Assembly: GCA_035499955.1 (NCBI GenBank)
Contig: DATJXV010000011.1
Location: forward strand, 11,277-75,276
Reading direction: 5' to 3'
DNA length: 64,000 bases
From: Casimicrobiaceae bacterium
GTDB taxonomy: Bacteria > Pseudomonadota > Gammaproteobacteria > Burkholderiales > Casimicrobiaceae
Shown here: piece by piece, positions 28,562 through 37,758 of the stretch
Layout of the letters: each line of letters opens with the position of its first letter
How positions within the stretch are numbered: the first letter of the stretch is position 1
The notes under the pieces: generated by a model
The model's database searches: none
What the model was told of the DNA's origin: nothing
What the model saw: the letters and a program-made list of their open reading frames with translations, nothing else
Translations under genes and position numbers: made by a program

Positions 28562-30115
28562 CTAATTGCCGGCGATCACACCGGCCGGGGAGAAGGCGCG
28601 GTGCGATTCGGCGCCCGCGTGGATGAACGAGCCGGCCATGAGCAGGCCGATCTCTTCGGCGTTGGTCTCGCCCACCGGCTTCGCATCGGAGAGGCGGCCC
28701 TGCGCGATCACGGCGAGCCGGTCGCAGATCTCGAAGAGCTCGTCCAGCTCCTCCGACACCACGAGCACGCCCACGCCGCTGTCGCGCAGATCGAGCAGCG
28801 CCTGGCGTATCTGCGCCGCGGCGCCGACGTCGACACCCCACGTCGGCTGCGCGGCGATCATCATGCGCGGCTTCTGGCGGATCTCGCGGCCGACGATGTA
28901 TTTCTGCAGGTTGCCGCCGGAGAGGCTGCGCGCTGCGGCGTCGGGTCCGCCGGCCTTCACGCCGTATTCGCGGATCGTGTCGCTCGCGTATTCGCGGACC
29001 GCGCGCTCGCGCACGAAGCCGCGCTTGGTCATGCCTTGGCGGTGCGCGGTGAGGAGCGCGTTATCCGCCAGCGACATCTCGGGGACGGCGCCGCGGCCCA
29101 GACGCTCCTCCGGCACGAAGGCGAAGCCCAGCGAGCGCCGCTGCGCGGCGTTGAGCCGACCGGCGGGAACGCCGAGGATGGTGACCGAGTCGGCGTCGGG
29201 CAGCGTGCGCTCGCCCGACAGCGCGGCCATGAGCTCCTTCTGGCCGTTGCCCGAAACGCCCGCGATGCCCAGCACCTCGCCCGCGCGCACGATGAGGTTG
29301 ATGCCGGCGAGCGACGTGCCGAAGGGATCGTCGGCGGGCAGCGTGAGATCGCGCACGACCAGCGCATCCGCGCCCGCTTCGGTGTCGCGGTGCGCCGGAT
29401 GCGGGAGGTCGCCGCCGATCATCATGCGTGCGAGCGAGGACGACGACTCGCGGCGCGGATCGCACGTCCCGGTGACCTTGCCCGCGCGCAGCACGGTGGC
29501 CTTGTGGCACAGCGCGCGGATCTCGTCGAGCTTGTGGCTGATGTAGAGGATGCTGCAGCCTTCCTCGGCGAGCCTGCGCAGCGTCTCGAACAGTTTCTCC
29601 ACGGCTTGCGGCGTCAGCACGGACGTGGGCTCGTCCATGATGAGCAGGCGCGGGTCCTGCAGAAGGCAGCGCACGATCTCCACGCGCTGCCGCTCGCCGA
29701 CGGACATCGTGTGCACGTAGCGGGCGGGGTCGAGCGGCAGGCCGTACTTCGCGGAGACGTCGCGGATGCGCTCGGGAAGGCCGGGTCCGGCCCGGTCGCC
29801 CTCCAGCGCGAGCGCGATGTTGTCGGCGACGGTCAGCGTCTCGAACAGCGAGAAGTGCTGGAACACCATGCCGATGCCGAGCCTGCGCGCACGCGCAGGA
29901 TTGCCGATGGTCACCTGCTTGCCTTCCCATTCGATCGTCCCGGCATCGGGCTTCACCGCGCCGTAGATGATCTTCATGAGCGTGGACTTGCCGGCGCCGT
30001 TTTCGCCCAGCACCGCGTGCACTTCGCCCGGGAGCACGGCGAGGTCGATGCCGTCGTTGGCGACCACCGACGGGTAGATCTTGGTGATGCCGGTGAGGAC
30101 GAGTCGGGGCGTCAT
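28562..30115 (-). CDS. ABC ATP-binding protein with two NBDs (CUT2/nucleoside type)
   Basis: GENGAGKST, MSVGERQRVEI, MDEPT, LSGGNLQK, QPTWGVDVGA. Confidence 0.95.
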   Translation of the reverse strand: MTPRLVLTGITKIYPSVVANDGIDLAVLPGEVHAVLGENGAGKSTLMKIIYGAVKPDAGTIEWEGKQVTIGNPARARRLGIGMVFQHFSLFETLTVADNIALALEGDRAGPGLPERIRDVSAKYGLPLDPARYVHTMSVGERQRVEIVRCLLQDPRLLIMDEPTSVLTPQAVEKLFETLRRLAEEGCSILYISHKLDEIRALCHKATVLRAGKVTGTCDPRRESSSSLARMMIGGDLPHPAHRDTEAGADALVVRDLTLPADDPFGTSLAGINLIVRAGEVLGIAGVSGNGQKELMAALSGERTLPDADSVTILGVPAGRLNAAQRRSLGFAFVPEERLGRGAVPEMSLADNALLTAHRQGMTKRGFVRERAVREYASDTIREYGVKAGGPDAAARSLSGGNLQKYIVGREIRQKPRMMIAAQPTWGVDVGAAAQIRQALLDLRDSGVGVLVVSEELDELFEICDRLAVIAQGRLSDAKPVGETNAEEIGLLMAGSFIHAGAESHRAFSPAGVIAGN

Positions 30116-30116
30116 G

Positions 30117-30185
30117 AAATAGGGTCAGACCCCATTACAAGTTGTTTCAGCAAATGGGGACAGGCCTTGTAATGGGGTCTGACCC
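30117..30185. repeat. REP-like palindromic element, copy 2
   Basis: 20-bp inverted repeat GGGTCAGACCCCATTACAAG (30122-30141 / 30166-30185). Segment 30152-30185 is the exact reverse complement of 11971-12004 (34 bp). Confidence 0.85.
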
Positions 30186-31172
30186 CTTTTTCGGGGTTTC
30201 GTACAGCGTGAGCATTTCCGCCGCCACGGCGACCGCGATCGCGCCCGGGGCCTTGCCGCGGATCGCAAGTCCCGCGCGGCCGATCGGGCAGGTGATGCGC
30301 GCGAGTTGCTCCGACGCGAAGCCGCGCGCGGCGAGACGCTTCTCGAACTGGTTGCGCTTGGAGACGGAGCCGATGAGGCCGAGGTAGCGCCAGTCGTCGC
30401 GCGCGAGCGCGGCGGTGACGACCGCGAGGTCGAGCGCGTGGTTGTGCGTGGCGACGACGACGAACGCGCCGCGAGGCGCGCCGTCGAGCTCGGCTTCCGG
30501 CGCGTCGGTGGCAACGACCTCGACGTTGGCCGGCGCCGACGGGGGGAAATCGCTCTCGCGCTCGTCGACCCATCGCACGTGGACCGGCAGCACGCCGAGC
30601 ACCTGGATCAAGGCGCGTCCGACATGGCCGTTGCCGAAGACGACGACGTTGAAGTCGGTAGGCACGATCGTATGGACGAGCGAGGTCGTGCCGTCGCCGG
30701 AGGCCGAGGGCACCAGTGCTGCGCCGCCCGTCGTCGCCTCCGGCCGCCGCTCGACCGTGTGGGCGTCGCCGTCGCCGCCGACGCGTGTGACGATCGTCAT
30801 CGCGCAGCGTTCACGCTCGCACTGCTCGGCCTCGCGGATCCACGCGCTGTCGCGCCCGTCGACGACGGCGAAGACCAGCGTGGCCACGCCGCCGCAGCAT
30901 TGCCCGAGCCGCGCAGCGAGGGGAAAGCGCACGAGCCACGGGCGCGGCGCCTCGCGCTGCACGAGCGCGTCGCGACCTATCCGGATGGCCTCGAATTCGA
31001 GATGGCCGCCTCCGATCGTCGCGAACACATCGCGGGCGCCGACGATCATCGACGTGCCGGCCTCGCGCGGCGTGGAACCAGACGCGTGCGCGATCGTGAC
31101 GAGCACGGCGCGGCCATCGCGCGCGACCCGCGCGGAGAGCTCGGCGATGAGACCGCCCGGGAAGTCAGCCAT
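30147..31172 (-). CDS. xdhC: Xanthine dehydrogenase accessory protein
   Basis: GSTPREAG, TIGGGHLE, LGQCCGG, FGNGHVG, YLGLIGS, ITCPIG; downstream of xdhB. Confidence 0.92.
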   Translation of the reverse strand: MADFPGGLIAELSARVARDGRAVLVTIAHASGSTPREAGTSMIVGARDVFATIGGGHLEFEAIRIGRDALVQREAPRPWLVRFPLAARLGQCCGGVATLVFAVVDGRDSAWIREAEQCERERCAMTIVTRVGGDGDAHTVERRPEATTGGAALVPSASGDGTTSLVHTIVPTDFNVVVFGNGHVGRALIQVLGVLPVHVRWVDERESDFPPSAPANVEVVATDAPEAELDGAPRGAFVVVATHNHALDLAVVTAALARDDWRYLGLIGSVSKRNQFEKRLAARGFASEQLARITCPIGRAGLAIRGKAPGAIAVAVAAEMLTLYETPKKGSDPITRPVPIC

Positions 31173-33504
31173 GGGTCCTCGCGCGCACGCGAAGCTCTTC
31201 GACCGACGCGAGGATGCGCTCGTCGGTGGCAGGCGCATCGAGCCGCGGCGCGAGCTTGCGGTCGGCCACGCCGGCGACCGCGTCGCGCAACGCGTGGAAC
31301 GCCGAGAGCGCGAGCATGAACGGCGGCTCGCCGACGGCCTTGGAGCGGTAGATCGTGTCCTCGCGGTTGGGCTCGCCGTGGAACTCGATCCGGAAGTGCT
31401 TCGGCACGTCGTGCGCCGTGGGGATCTTGTAGGTGGACGGCGCGAACGTGCGCAGCTCGCCCTTGTCGCTCCACCACAGCTCCTCCATCGCGAGCCAGCC
31501 GTAGCCCTGGATGAAGCCGCCCTCGATCTGGCCGCGGTCGATGGCCGGATTAAGCGACGTGCCCACGTCGTGCAGGATGTCCACGGCGAGCAGGCGGTGC
31601 TCGCCGGTGAACGTGTCGACGGCGACCTCCGACACCGCGGCGCCGTACGCGAAGTAGAAGAACGGGCGGCCGGTGAGGGTCTTCTTGTCGTAGTGGATCT
31701 TGGGCGTCGCGTAGAAGCCGGTGGCGGACAGCTGTACGCGCGCGAAATAGGCGGAGCGCGCCAACTCGGAGAACGGAAGCGTCTTGCCGCCCGCGCTCAC
31801 CATGCCGTCGGCGAACTCGACGATGCCGGAGTCGCAGTCGAGCTTGCGCGCGGCAAATTCCGCGAGGCGCTTGCGCAGCGTGCGCGCGGCGTCGCGCGCC
31901 GCCATGCCGTTGAGGTCGCTGCCCGACGACGCCGCGGTGGGCGACGCGTTGGGCACCTTGCTCGTGTCGGACGCCGACACGCGCACGGCCGCGAGCGGCA
32001 CGCCGAGCTCCTGCGCGACGAGTTGCGCGACCTTGGTGAACAGCCCCTGGCCCATCTCGGTGCCGCCGTGGTTCAGGAGCAGCGTGCCGTCGCTGTACAG
32101 GTGCAGCAGCGCGCCTGCCTGGTTGTAATGCGTGGCGGTGAACGAGATGCCGAACTTGACGGGCGTCAGAGCGATGCCGCGCTTGATGACCGGGTTCGCC
32201 CGGTTCCACTGCGCGATTTCTTCGCGCCGCTCGCGGTAGCGCGAGGACACCAAAAGCTTCGCGATGATCTCCGCGGCGATGTTGTCCTCGACCGCCATGC
32301 CGTAGGGCGTGACATTGCGCGACGTCGTGCCGTAGAGGTTCGCGATGCGCACGTCGACCGGGTCGCGGCCGAGCGCGAACGCGATTTCGTCGATCACGTG
32401 CTCGATCGGGAACATGCCCTGCGGTCCGCCGAAGCCGCGGAACGCCGTGTCCGACACCGTGTTGGTCTTGCAGCGGAAGCTGTGCAGCGCGACGTCGGGC
32501 AGCCAGTACGCGTTGTCGGAATGGAAGACCGCGCGGTCGTTGACGGGCCCCGAGAGGTCGGCCGAGAAGCCGCAGCGCGAGGCGAGGGTCAAGTCGAGGC
32601 CGAGGATGCGGCCGTCGTCGTCGAACCCCACGTCGTACCAGTAGGCGAACGCGTGCCGCTTGCCCGTCGAGCGCATGTCGTCGTCGCGGTCGAGGCGAAG
32701 CTTCGCCGCGCGACCCGTCCTGCGCGCGATGAGCGCCGCCACGCAGGCGAAGAGCGACATCTGCGTCTCCTTGCCGCCGAAACCGCCTCCCATGCGGCGG
32801 CATTCGACCGCGACGTCGTGCGCGGCGAGCCCCAGCGCGTGGGCGACCATGTGCTGCACTTCGCCGGGGTGCTGTGTCGACGTGTAGACGTGCACGCCGC
32901 CGTGCTCGCGCGGGACGGCGACGGCAATCTGGCCTTCGAGGTAGAAGTGGTCCTGCCCGCCCGCCCGCACGGTGCCGCGCAGCCGGTGCGGCGCGCGCGC
33001 GAGCGCCGCAGCGGCGTCGCCGCGCGTCACGTGCACCGGCGGCAGAACGTAGGACTCCGCCGCCATCGCCTCGTCGATGGTGAGGATCGGCGGCAGGGGC
33101 TCGATGTCGTACTTCGCGAGCCTTGCGGCGCGGCGCGCGAGGCGCACGTCGGTGGCCGCCACCGCGAACACCGGCTGGCCGACGAACTGGACGGTCTCGT
33201 GGGCGAAGATCGGGTCGTCGTGCTGGATCGGCCCCACATCGTTCACGCCCGGAATATCGCGCGCCGTGACCATCGCAACCACGCCCGGCGCGGCCTCCAC
33301 GGCGGAAAGGTCGACGCCGCGCAGGCGGCCGTGCGCGACCGGGCTCACGCCGACGGCGACGTGGAGGAGGCCGGCCAGCTCGGGAAGGTCGTCGGTGTAT
33401 TGCGCTTCGCCGGAGACATGCAACGCCGCGGAATCGTGCGGCACCGGCGCGCCCGCGACGACGCGCCACTGCGTATCGCGAACCCGGGAGTCAGGCGCGT
33501 TCAT
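31165..33504 (-). CDS. xdhB: Xanthine dehydrogenase molybdopterin-binding subunit
   Basis: GGQDHFYLEGQ, RMGGGFGGKE, AFRGFGGPQG, GGTEMGQG, AASSGSD, GQIEGGFIQG, KAVGEPP. Confidence 0.96.
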   Translation of the reverse strand: MNAPDSRVRDTQWRVVAGAPVPHDSAALHVSGEAQYTDDLPELAGLLHVAVGVSPVAHGRLRGVDLSAVEAAPGVVAMVTARDIPGVNDVGPIQHDDPIFAHETVQFVGQPVFAVAATDVRLARRAARLAKYDIEPLPPILTIDEAMAAESYVLPPVHVTRGDAAAALARAPHRLRGTVRAGGQDHFYLEGQIAVAVPREHGGVHVYTSTQHPGEVQHMVAHALGLAAHDVAVECRRMGGGFGGKETQMSLFACVAALIARRTGRAAKLRLDRDDDMRSTGKRHAFAYWYDVGFDDDGRILGLDLTLASRCGFSADLSGPVNDRAVFHSDNAYWLPDVALHSFRCKTNTVSDTAFRGFGGPQGMFPIEHVIDEIAFALGRDPVDVRIANLYGTTSRNVTPYGMAVEDNIAAEIIAKLLVSSRYRERREEIAQWNRANPVIKRGIALTPVKFGISFTATHYNQAGALLHLYSDGTLLLNHGGTEMGQGLFTKVAQLVAQELGVPLAAVRVSASDTSKVPNASPTAASSGSDLNGMAARDAARTLRKRLAEFAARKLDCDSGIVEFADGMVSAGGKTLPFSELARSAYFARVQLSATGFYATPKIHYDKKTLTGRPFFYFAYGAAVSEVAVDTFTGEHRLLAVDILHDVGTSLNPAIDRGQIEGGFIQGYGWLAMEELWWSDKGELRTFAPSTYKIPTAHDVPKHFRIEFHGEPNREDTIYRSKAVGEPPFMLALSAFHALRDAVAGVADRKLAPRLDAPATDERILASVEELRVRARTHG

Positions 33505-35020
33505 CGGCTAGAGCGTCGTCGATGCGCGTGCACACGCGCGCGGCGGACGTTTCGAGGCGGAATCGGCGCAGGAGGTTGGCGAGCGCCGCACGGCGATAGG
33601 CCGCGGTGGCCCGCATGTCGTCGATCGGCGTGAACTCGTTCGCGAGCGCGCGCACGGCGGTGTCGGCGGTGGCGTCGTTCCAGGGCTGACCGGCGAGCAC
33701 CGCCTCGGTCGCCCTGGCGCGCGACGGAATGGCCGCCACGCCGCCGCAGCCGATGCGCGCCGACACGATGCGCGTGCCGTCGAGCGCCAGCGCGAAGCAG
33801 GCAAACACCGCCGAGATGTCCTGATCGTAGCGCTTGCTCACCTTGTAGGCGCGAAGGACGATGTTCGGCGCGCGATGCGGGACCCGGACCGCGACGACGA
33901 ATTCGCCGGGCGCGAGCGCCGTCTTCTGGTAGGCAAGGTAGAAGTCTTCCAGCGCCATCTCGCGGGTCGCATCCGCGCGGCGCAGGACCACCGTAGCGCC
34001 GAGCGCCATGAGCGCGGGCATCGAGTCGCCGATCGGCGAGCCGTTGGCGACGTTGCCGCCCAGCGTGCCGCTGTTGCGGATCGGCACGGAGGCGAAGCGT
34101 GCCCAGGCCTCGTGCAATTCAGGCCATTCCTCGTCGAGCGCCGCGAAGGCATCGGTGAGCGTGGCCGCCGCGCCGACCGACAGGTGCGTGCCGTCGTCGC
34201 GAATCTCGCGCAGCCGCGCGACGTCGCCGGTGTACACGATGTCGCCGACGTCGCGGTGGTGCTTGGTGATCCATAGGCCGACGTCGGTCGCGCCCGCGAC
34301 GATGCGGGCATCCGGATGGGCGACGAGGATCCCCGCGAGCGCGTCGATCGTGCGCGGCGCCCACCAGCGCCGCCCCTGCGCTGCGTACTCGAAGGTTCCG
34401 GTCTCGGCGAGCGAGGCCACCTGTGCGCACAGCCGCTCCTCGTCGGACGACGCGACCCGCGAGCCGTCGGCCGCCACGCCGCACGCGCGCCATCCGTCGG
34501 CCCGGTGGGCGTCGTCGTACATGGCCTGCGCCGCATCGACGATTGGCCGGTAGCCGGTGCAGCGGCACAGGTTGCCGGAGAGCGCGTCCTCGATCGCGGA
34601 GGTCGAAGGGCGATGCGCGTTCTTGAACAGGCCGAAGAGGCTCATCGCGAAGCCCGGCGTGCAGAAGCCGCACTGCGAGCCGTGGCCCTCGGCGAGCGCG
34701 CGCTGGACGGGATGCAGCGAGCCGTCGGGCAACTTGAGCGATTCCACGGTGAACACCGCCTTGCCGGCCACCGAGGGGAGGAGGCGGATGCACGCGTTGA
34801 CCGGTTTCCAGCAAAGCTGCGAAACGCCCTCCGCCGGCTCGGCGAGGACGATGGTGCACGCGCCGCAATCGCCTTCGGCGCACCCCTCCTTCGTGCCGGT
34901 GAGCCGGCACGCTTCGCGCAAGTATTCGAGCAGCGTCGCCGTCGGCGCCGCGCCCTCGACCGCCACCGGCTCGCCATTGAGCAGGAAGCGGATGGACCCG
35001 TGTTGCGAAGCTGCCGGCAT
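33491..35020 (-). CDS. xdhA: Xanthine dehydrogenase small subunit (2Fe-2S/FAD)
   Basis: GTKEGCAEGDCGAC, QCGFCTPGF, GNLCRCTGY, AGATDVGL, GTLGGNVANGSPIGD, KVSKRYDQDIS. Confidence 0.96.
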   Translation of the reverse strand: MPAASQHGSIRFLLNGEPVAVEGAAPTATLLEYLREACRLTGTKEGCAEGDCGACTIVLAEPAEGVSQLCWKPVNACIRLLPSVAGKAVFTVESLKLPDGSLHPVQRALAEGHGSQCGFCTPGFAMSLFGLFKNAHRPSTSAIEDALSGNLCRCTGYRPIVDAAQAMYDDAHRADGWRACGVAADGSRVASSDEERLCAQVASLAETGTFEYAAQGRRWWAPRTIDALAGILVAHPDARIVAGATDVGLWITKHHRDVGDIVYTGDVARLREIRDDGTHLSVGAAATLTDAFAALDEEWPELHEAWARFASVPIRNSGTLGGNVANGSPIGDSMPALMALGATVVLRRADATREMALEDFYLAYQKTALAPGEFVVAVRVPHRAPNIVLRAYKVSKRYDQDISAVFACFALALDGTRIVSARIGCGGVAAIPSRARATEAVLAGQPWNDATADTAVRALANEFTPIDDMRATAAYRRAALANLLRRFRLETSAARVCTRIDDALADERA

Positions 35021-35106
35021 GGACGGGATCCCTGGGCGGACCCGGCGGGAGGTAAAGCGGTGATCCTCGCGCTGCTGCCGCGGCTTGTCAACGGGCGCGA
35101 CGTTCC

Positions 35107-35141
35107 GGTATACAGAATGTCGTCGATCGGGTATGCCGAAT
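35107..35141. promoter_or_regulatory. Putative GntR/FadR-type operator between xdhA and the regulator
   Basis: GGTATACAGAAT (35107-35118, GTATAC core) and GGTATGCCGAAT (35130-35141) in the divergent intergenic region. Confidence 0.4.
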
Positions 35142-35868
35142 GGCGTTGACCCGCCCCGTCCCGCGCCCTATTCTGGAGCGCATGGCCGAGCGCAAGCGAA
35201 GCAAGGGGAGCGCCGAGGCGCACATCTGCGCGGCGGTGCGCGCCGCGATCCTCGAGCGGCGCCTCGCGCCGGGCACGAAGCTCCCGGAGCACTCGCTCGG
35301 TGCGTTCTTCGGGGTCTCGCGCACCATCGTGCGGCAGGCGCTGCGGACGCTCGCGCGCGAGGGCATCGTCGCGCTGCGCGACCGCCGGATCGCCGTTGTG
35401 GCCCGGCCGTCCGCGACCGACGTCGCCCACGTCTTCGCGGCTCGGCGGGCCATCGAAGGCTCGGTGGTCGAGCACGCCGTGTCGCGCGCCACGCGAGGCG
35501 AGATCGCTTCGTTGCGCAAGCTCGTCCGCGACGAGGAGGCGGCATACCGGCGCGGCGACCGCGCCGAAGGCCTCGCGCGCTCGCTCGAGTTCCATCGCCG
35601 CTTGGGCGCGCTGTGCCGCAACTCCGTGCTCGAGCGCTACCTCACCGAGCTCGTGCTGCAGACGTCGCTCGCGGTGGCCCTCTACGAACAGGCGGACGCC
35701 GTGCACAACCACGCCGACCACCTGGCGCTGATCGATGCGATCGCGCGCCGCGACGCGAAGCGCGCGACGCGCCTCATGGCCGAGCACCTGTCCGTGCTCG
35801 AAAGGGGCCTGCACCTTACCGCGCCGCGCGAGCAGCCTTCGCTCGAGGCCATCTTCGGCAAGCCGTGA
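35140..35868 (+). CDS. GntR (FadR/FCD) transcriptional regulator
   Basis: PGTKLPE...FGVSRTIVRQAL HTH, FCD domain with FHRRLG and DHLALIDAI; divergent from xdhA; start may be ATG 35182. Confidence 0.9.
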   Translation: MALTRPVPRPILERMAERKRSKGSAEAHICAAVRAAILERRLAPGTKLPEHSLGAFFGVSRTIVRQALRTLAREGIVALRDRRIAVVARPSATDVAHVFAARRAIEGSVVEHAVSRATRGEIASLRKLVRDEEAAYRRGDRAEGLARSLEFHRRLGALCRNSVLERYLTELVLQTSLAVALYEQADAVHNHADHLALIDAIARRDAKRATRLMAEHLSVLERGLHLTAPREQPSLEAIFGKP

Positions 35869-35872
35869 CGGC

Positions 35873-35914
35873 TTGATCGGGGTCAAGGCGCGCCCGTCCG
35901 GGCGCCCCTAGCAT
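35873..35914 (+). promoter_or_regulatory. FNR/FixK-type class II promoter of hemG
   Basis: TTGAT-CGGG-GTCAA at 35873-35886 (centre 35879.5) and TAGCAT at 35909-35914. Centre +41.5 = 35921, the A of the ATG. Confidence 0.75.
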
Positions 35915-35920
35915 GAATCA

Positions 35921-36490
35921 ATGGCTGTTCTGACGGTTCTCTACGCAACGCGCGAAGGCCAGACCGGGCGCATCGCGCAGCGCGTCGCGGCGGCCCTGCG
36001 CGCGGCCGGTCATGCGGTCGACCTGTTCGACGTCGTGCGCGGCGTGCCCGCCGATTTTCGTCTCGGGCGCTACGCCGCAGCGGTCGTGGCGGCTTCGATC
36101 CACGTCGGCAGGCACCCGCGCGAGATGCTCGCTTTCGTGCGCGAACACCGCGCGGAGCTCGCGCGCATCCCGACGCTCTTTCTCTCGGTGAGCCTCTCCG
36201 CCGCGGGCGCCGCCGACCCGACCGCGACCGCCAAGCGGCGCGAAAGTGCCGCGGCGAACCGCGACGCGATGATCGAGCGCTTCCTGCGCGAGAGCGGCTT
36301 CCGTCCGACGATCGTGCACCCGGTCGCCGGCGCGCTTCTGTATCGGCAGTACGGCTTCTTCGTGCGCACGATGATGCGCTTCATCTCCTCGATCGTGGGC
36401 GCGAGCACGGACACGTCGCGCGACCACGAGTACACGGACTGGGAGGCGGTCGACCGCTACGCGAACGAGTTCGCCGCATCCATCAAATGA
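35921..36490 (+). CDS. hemG: Flavodoxin-domain protoporphyrinogen IX dehydrogenase (HemG-like)
   Basis: VLYATREGQTGRIA, AASIHVGRH, FLSVSLSA, VAGALLYRQY, EYTDWEAV. Confidence 0.8.
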   Translation: MAVLTVLYATREGQTGRIAQRVAAALRAAGHAVDLFDVVRGVPADFRLGRYAAAVVAASIHVGRHPREMLAFVREHRAELARIPTLFLSVSLSAAGAADPTATAKRRESAAANRDAMIERFLRESGFRPTIVHPVAGALLYRQYGFFVRTMMRFISSIVGASTDTSRDHEYTDWEAVDRYANEFAASIK

Positions 36491-36516
36491 AAGGGGCCCC
36501 GTGCGGGGCCCCTTTC
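36489..36516. terminator. Bidirectional intrinsic terminator
   Basis: 13-bp perfect inverted repeat GAAAGGGGCCCCG-TG-CGGGGCCCCTTTC between convergent genes. Confidence 0.75.
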
Positions 36517-36537
36517 CGACTGCTGCTGCGGGACGGA

Positions 36538-37212
36538 CTACTTGGCGGCCCTCGCGACTTCGGCGAGCAGCTTGTCCGCACCCTTGTTGCTGACGTTGGC
36601 CTTGATCAGGATGTCGGGCGGCAGCACCGGCTTGCCGAAGTAGGCCTTGTTCCACTCGTCCGACAGGTTGACGAGCGTGCCGTCGAGGTTCAGGCCACCG
36701 TACACGCCCTTCGCGCGCGTGAACGTGATCAGGTCCGCCTGGATGTCGGACTTGGCGCCCGCGCCGACCGGGCCCGCGGCGACGCTGGCGTCGCCGCCCA
36801 TCTTGAAGTTGGCGGCGAGCAGCGAGTTGAGCCCCTTGTCCGTCATCACGAGCGTGACCATCTCCGACACCGCGAGACCGGCCTGGAACCCGACGCTGGC
36901 GGTCGCCATCGTGTAGAACGACGGGCCGACCCACTTGGTGCCCGCTTTGGCGACGACGATCGCGCGGCCGCCCGAGCCGCCGACGATGAAGCCAGCCTTG
37001 ACGATCTCGGGCGAGATCATCACCGCCTTCGCGCGGCCGATGTTCTGCTGCAGCCACTTCATTTCCGGATCACGCATGAAATTCGAGAACGTGGTTTCCG
37101 ACTGGTTGACGAGCACTTGCTGATCGCCCTGCGCCGAAGCTGTCGCGGGCAACCCCATCGCCGTCGCCGCGATGAACGCAGCTGCCGCGAATTGTTTGAA
37201 CATGGTCTTCAT
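36538..37212 (-). CDS. Lipid-binding SYLF/YSC84-domain exported protein
   Basis: AKAVMISPEIVKAGFIVGGSGG, SVGFQAG, GGDASVAAGPVG, RAKGVYGGLNLDG; signal peptide. Confidence 0.88.
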   Translation of the reverse strand: MKTMFKQFAAAAFIAATAMGLPATASAQGDQQVLVNQSETTFSNFMRDPEMKWLQQNIGRAKAVMISPEIVKAGFIVGGSGGRAIVVAKAGTKWVGPSFYTMATASVGFQAGLAVSEMVTLVMTDKGLNSLLAANFKMGGDASVAAGPVGAGAKSDIQADLITFTRAKGVYGGLNLDGTLVNLSDEWNKAYFGKPVLPPDILIKANVSNKGADKLLAEVARAAK

Positions 37213-37283
37213 GATCTCTTCCCTCTCGGATCGCGGCTTCGAGTCCGCCGCGTTGTTGAATGGCCCGCCGCCTCCGGTAATTC

Positions 37284-37730
37284 CTATCCGCGGAGGAGCT
37301 CGATACCGGTCGACGTCACGCGAACGCGATCGCCGATCCGCAAACCGGGGGCCGATGTCTGCTGGACGGTGGCATAGGAGCCGTCGTCGTAGCGGATGCC
37401 GATGTCCCAGACGAGCGTCTGGTCCTTGCTTGCCAGTTCGTTGCCGACGAAGCCGCCGCCGATGGCGCCGACGACCGTCGCGACGGTCTTGCCCGTGCCG
37501 CCGCCGATGAGGCTGCCGAGCCCGCCGCCGACCAGCGCGCCGCCGATCGCGCCCACCGCGTTCGGCACGTTCTGCACGGTGCGCGTCTGGATCGACTCCA
37601 CGGTGCCCACGCGTGCGGCCGGCGTCTCGCTGACGGAATAGGCGGGCGGCGTGTTACAGCCCGCGAGCAGCATGGCCGCGGCGGCGGCGATGGCGGCGGC
37701 GGAGCGCCGCCAGGTCGAAAGCTTCATCAT
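37284..37730 (-). CDS. Glycine-zipper (SlyB-like) outer-membrane lipoprotein
   Basis: Lipobox LLAGC; GALVGGGLGSLIGGG; C-terminal IRYDDG...LRIGDRVRV. Confidence 0.82.
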   Translation of the reverse strand: MMKLSTWRRSAAAIAAAAAMLLAGCNTPPAYSVSETPAARVGTVESIQTRTVQNVPNAVGAIGGALVGGGLGSLIGGGTGKTVATVVGAIGGGFVGNELASKDQTLVWDIGIRYDDGSYATVQQTSAPGLRIGDRVRVTSTGIELLRG

Positions 37731-37758
37731 CCTCTCTCCTACAGAAATTCGCGGTGGT

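Noticed and set aside
11965-30185. Repeats as CRISPR or IS ends
   Set aside because: Only two dispersed hairpin units with no regular spacer array, cas gene or transposase, and no target-site duplication was evident.
30415-33633. 1072-aa plus-strand ORF, and similar long ORFs at 7150-9345, 47267-49957, 49991-52459 and 59761-61701
   Set aside because: Antisense or alternate-frame ORFs over well-supported genes, expected in high-GC DNA; no recognisable motifs.
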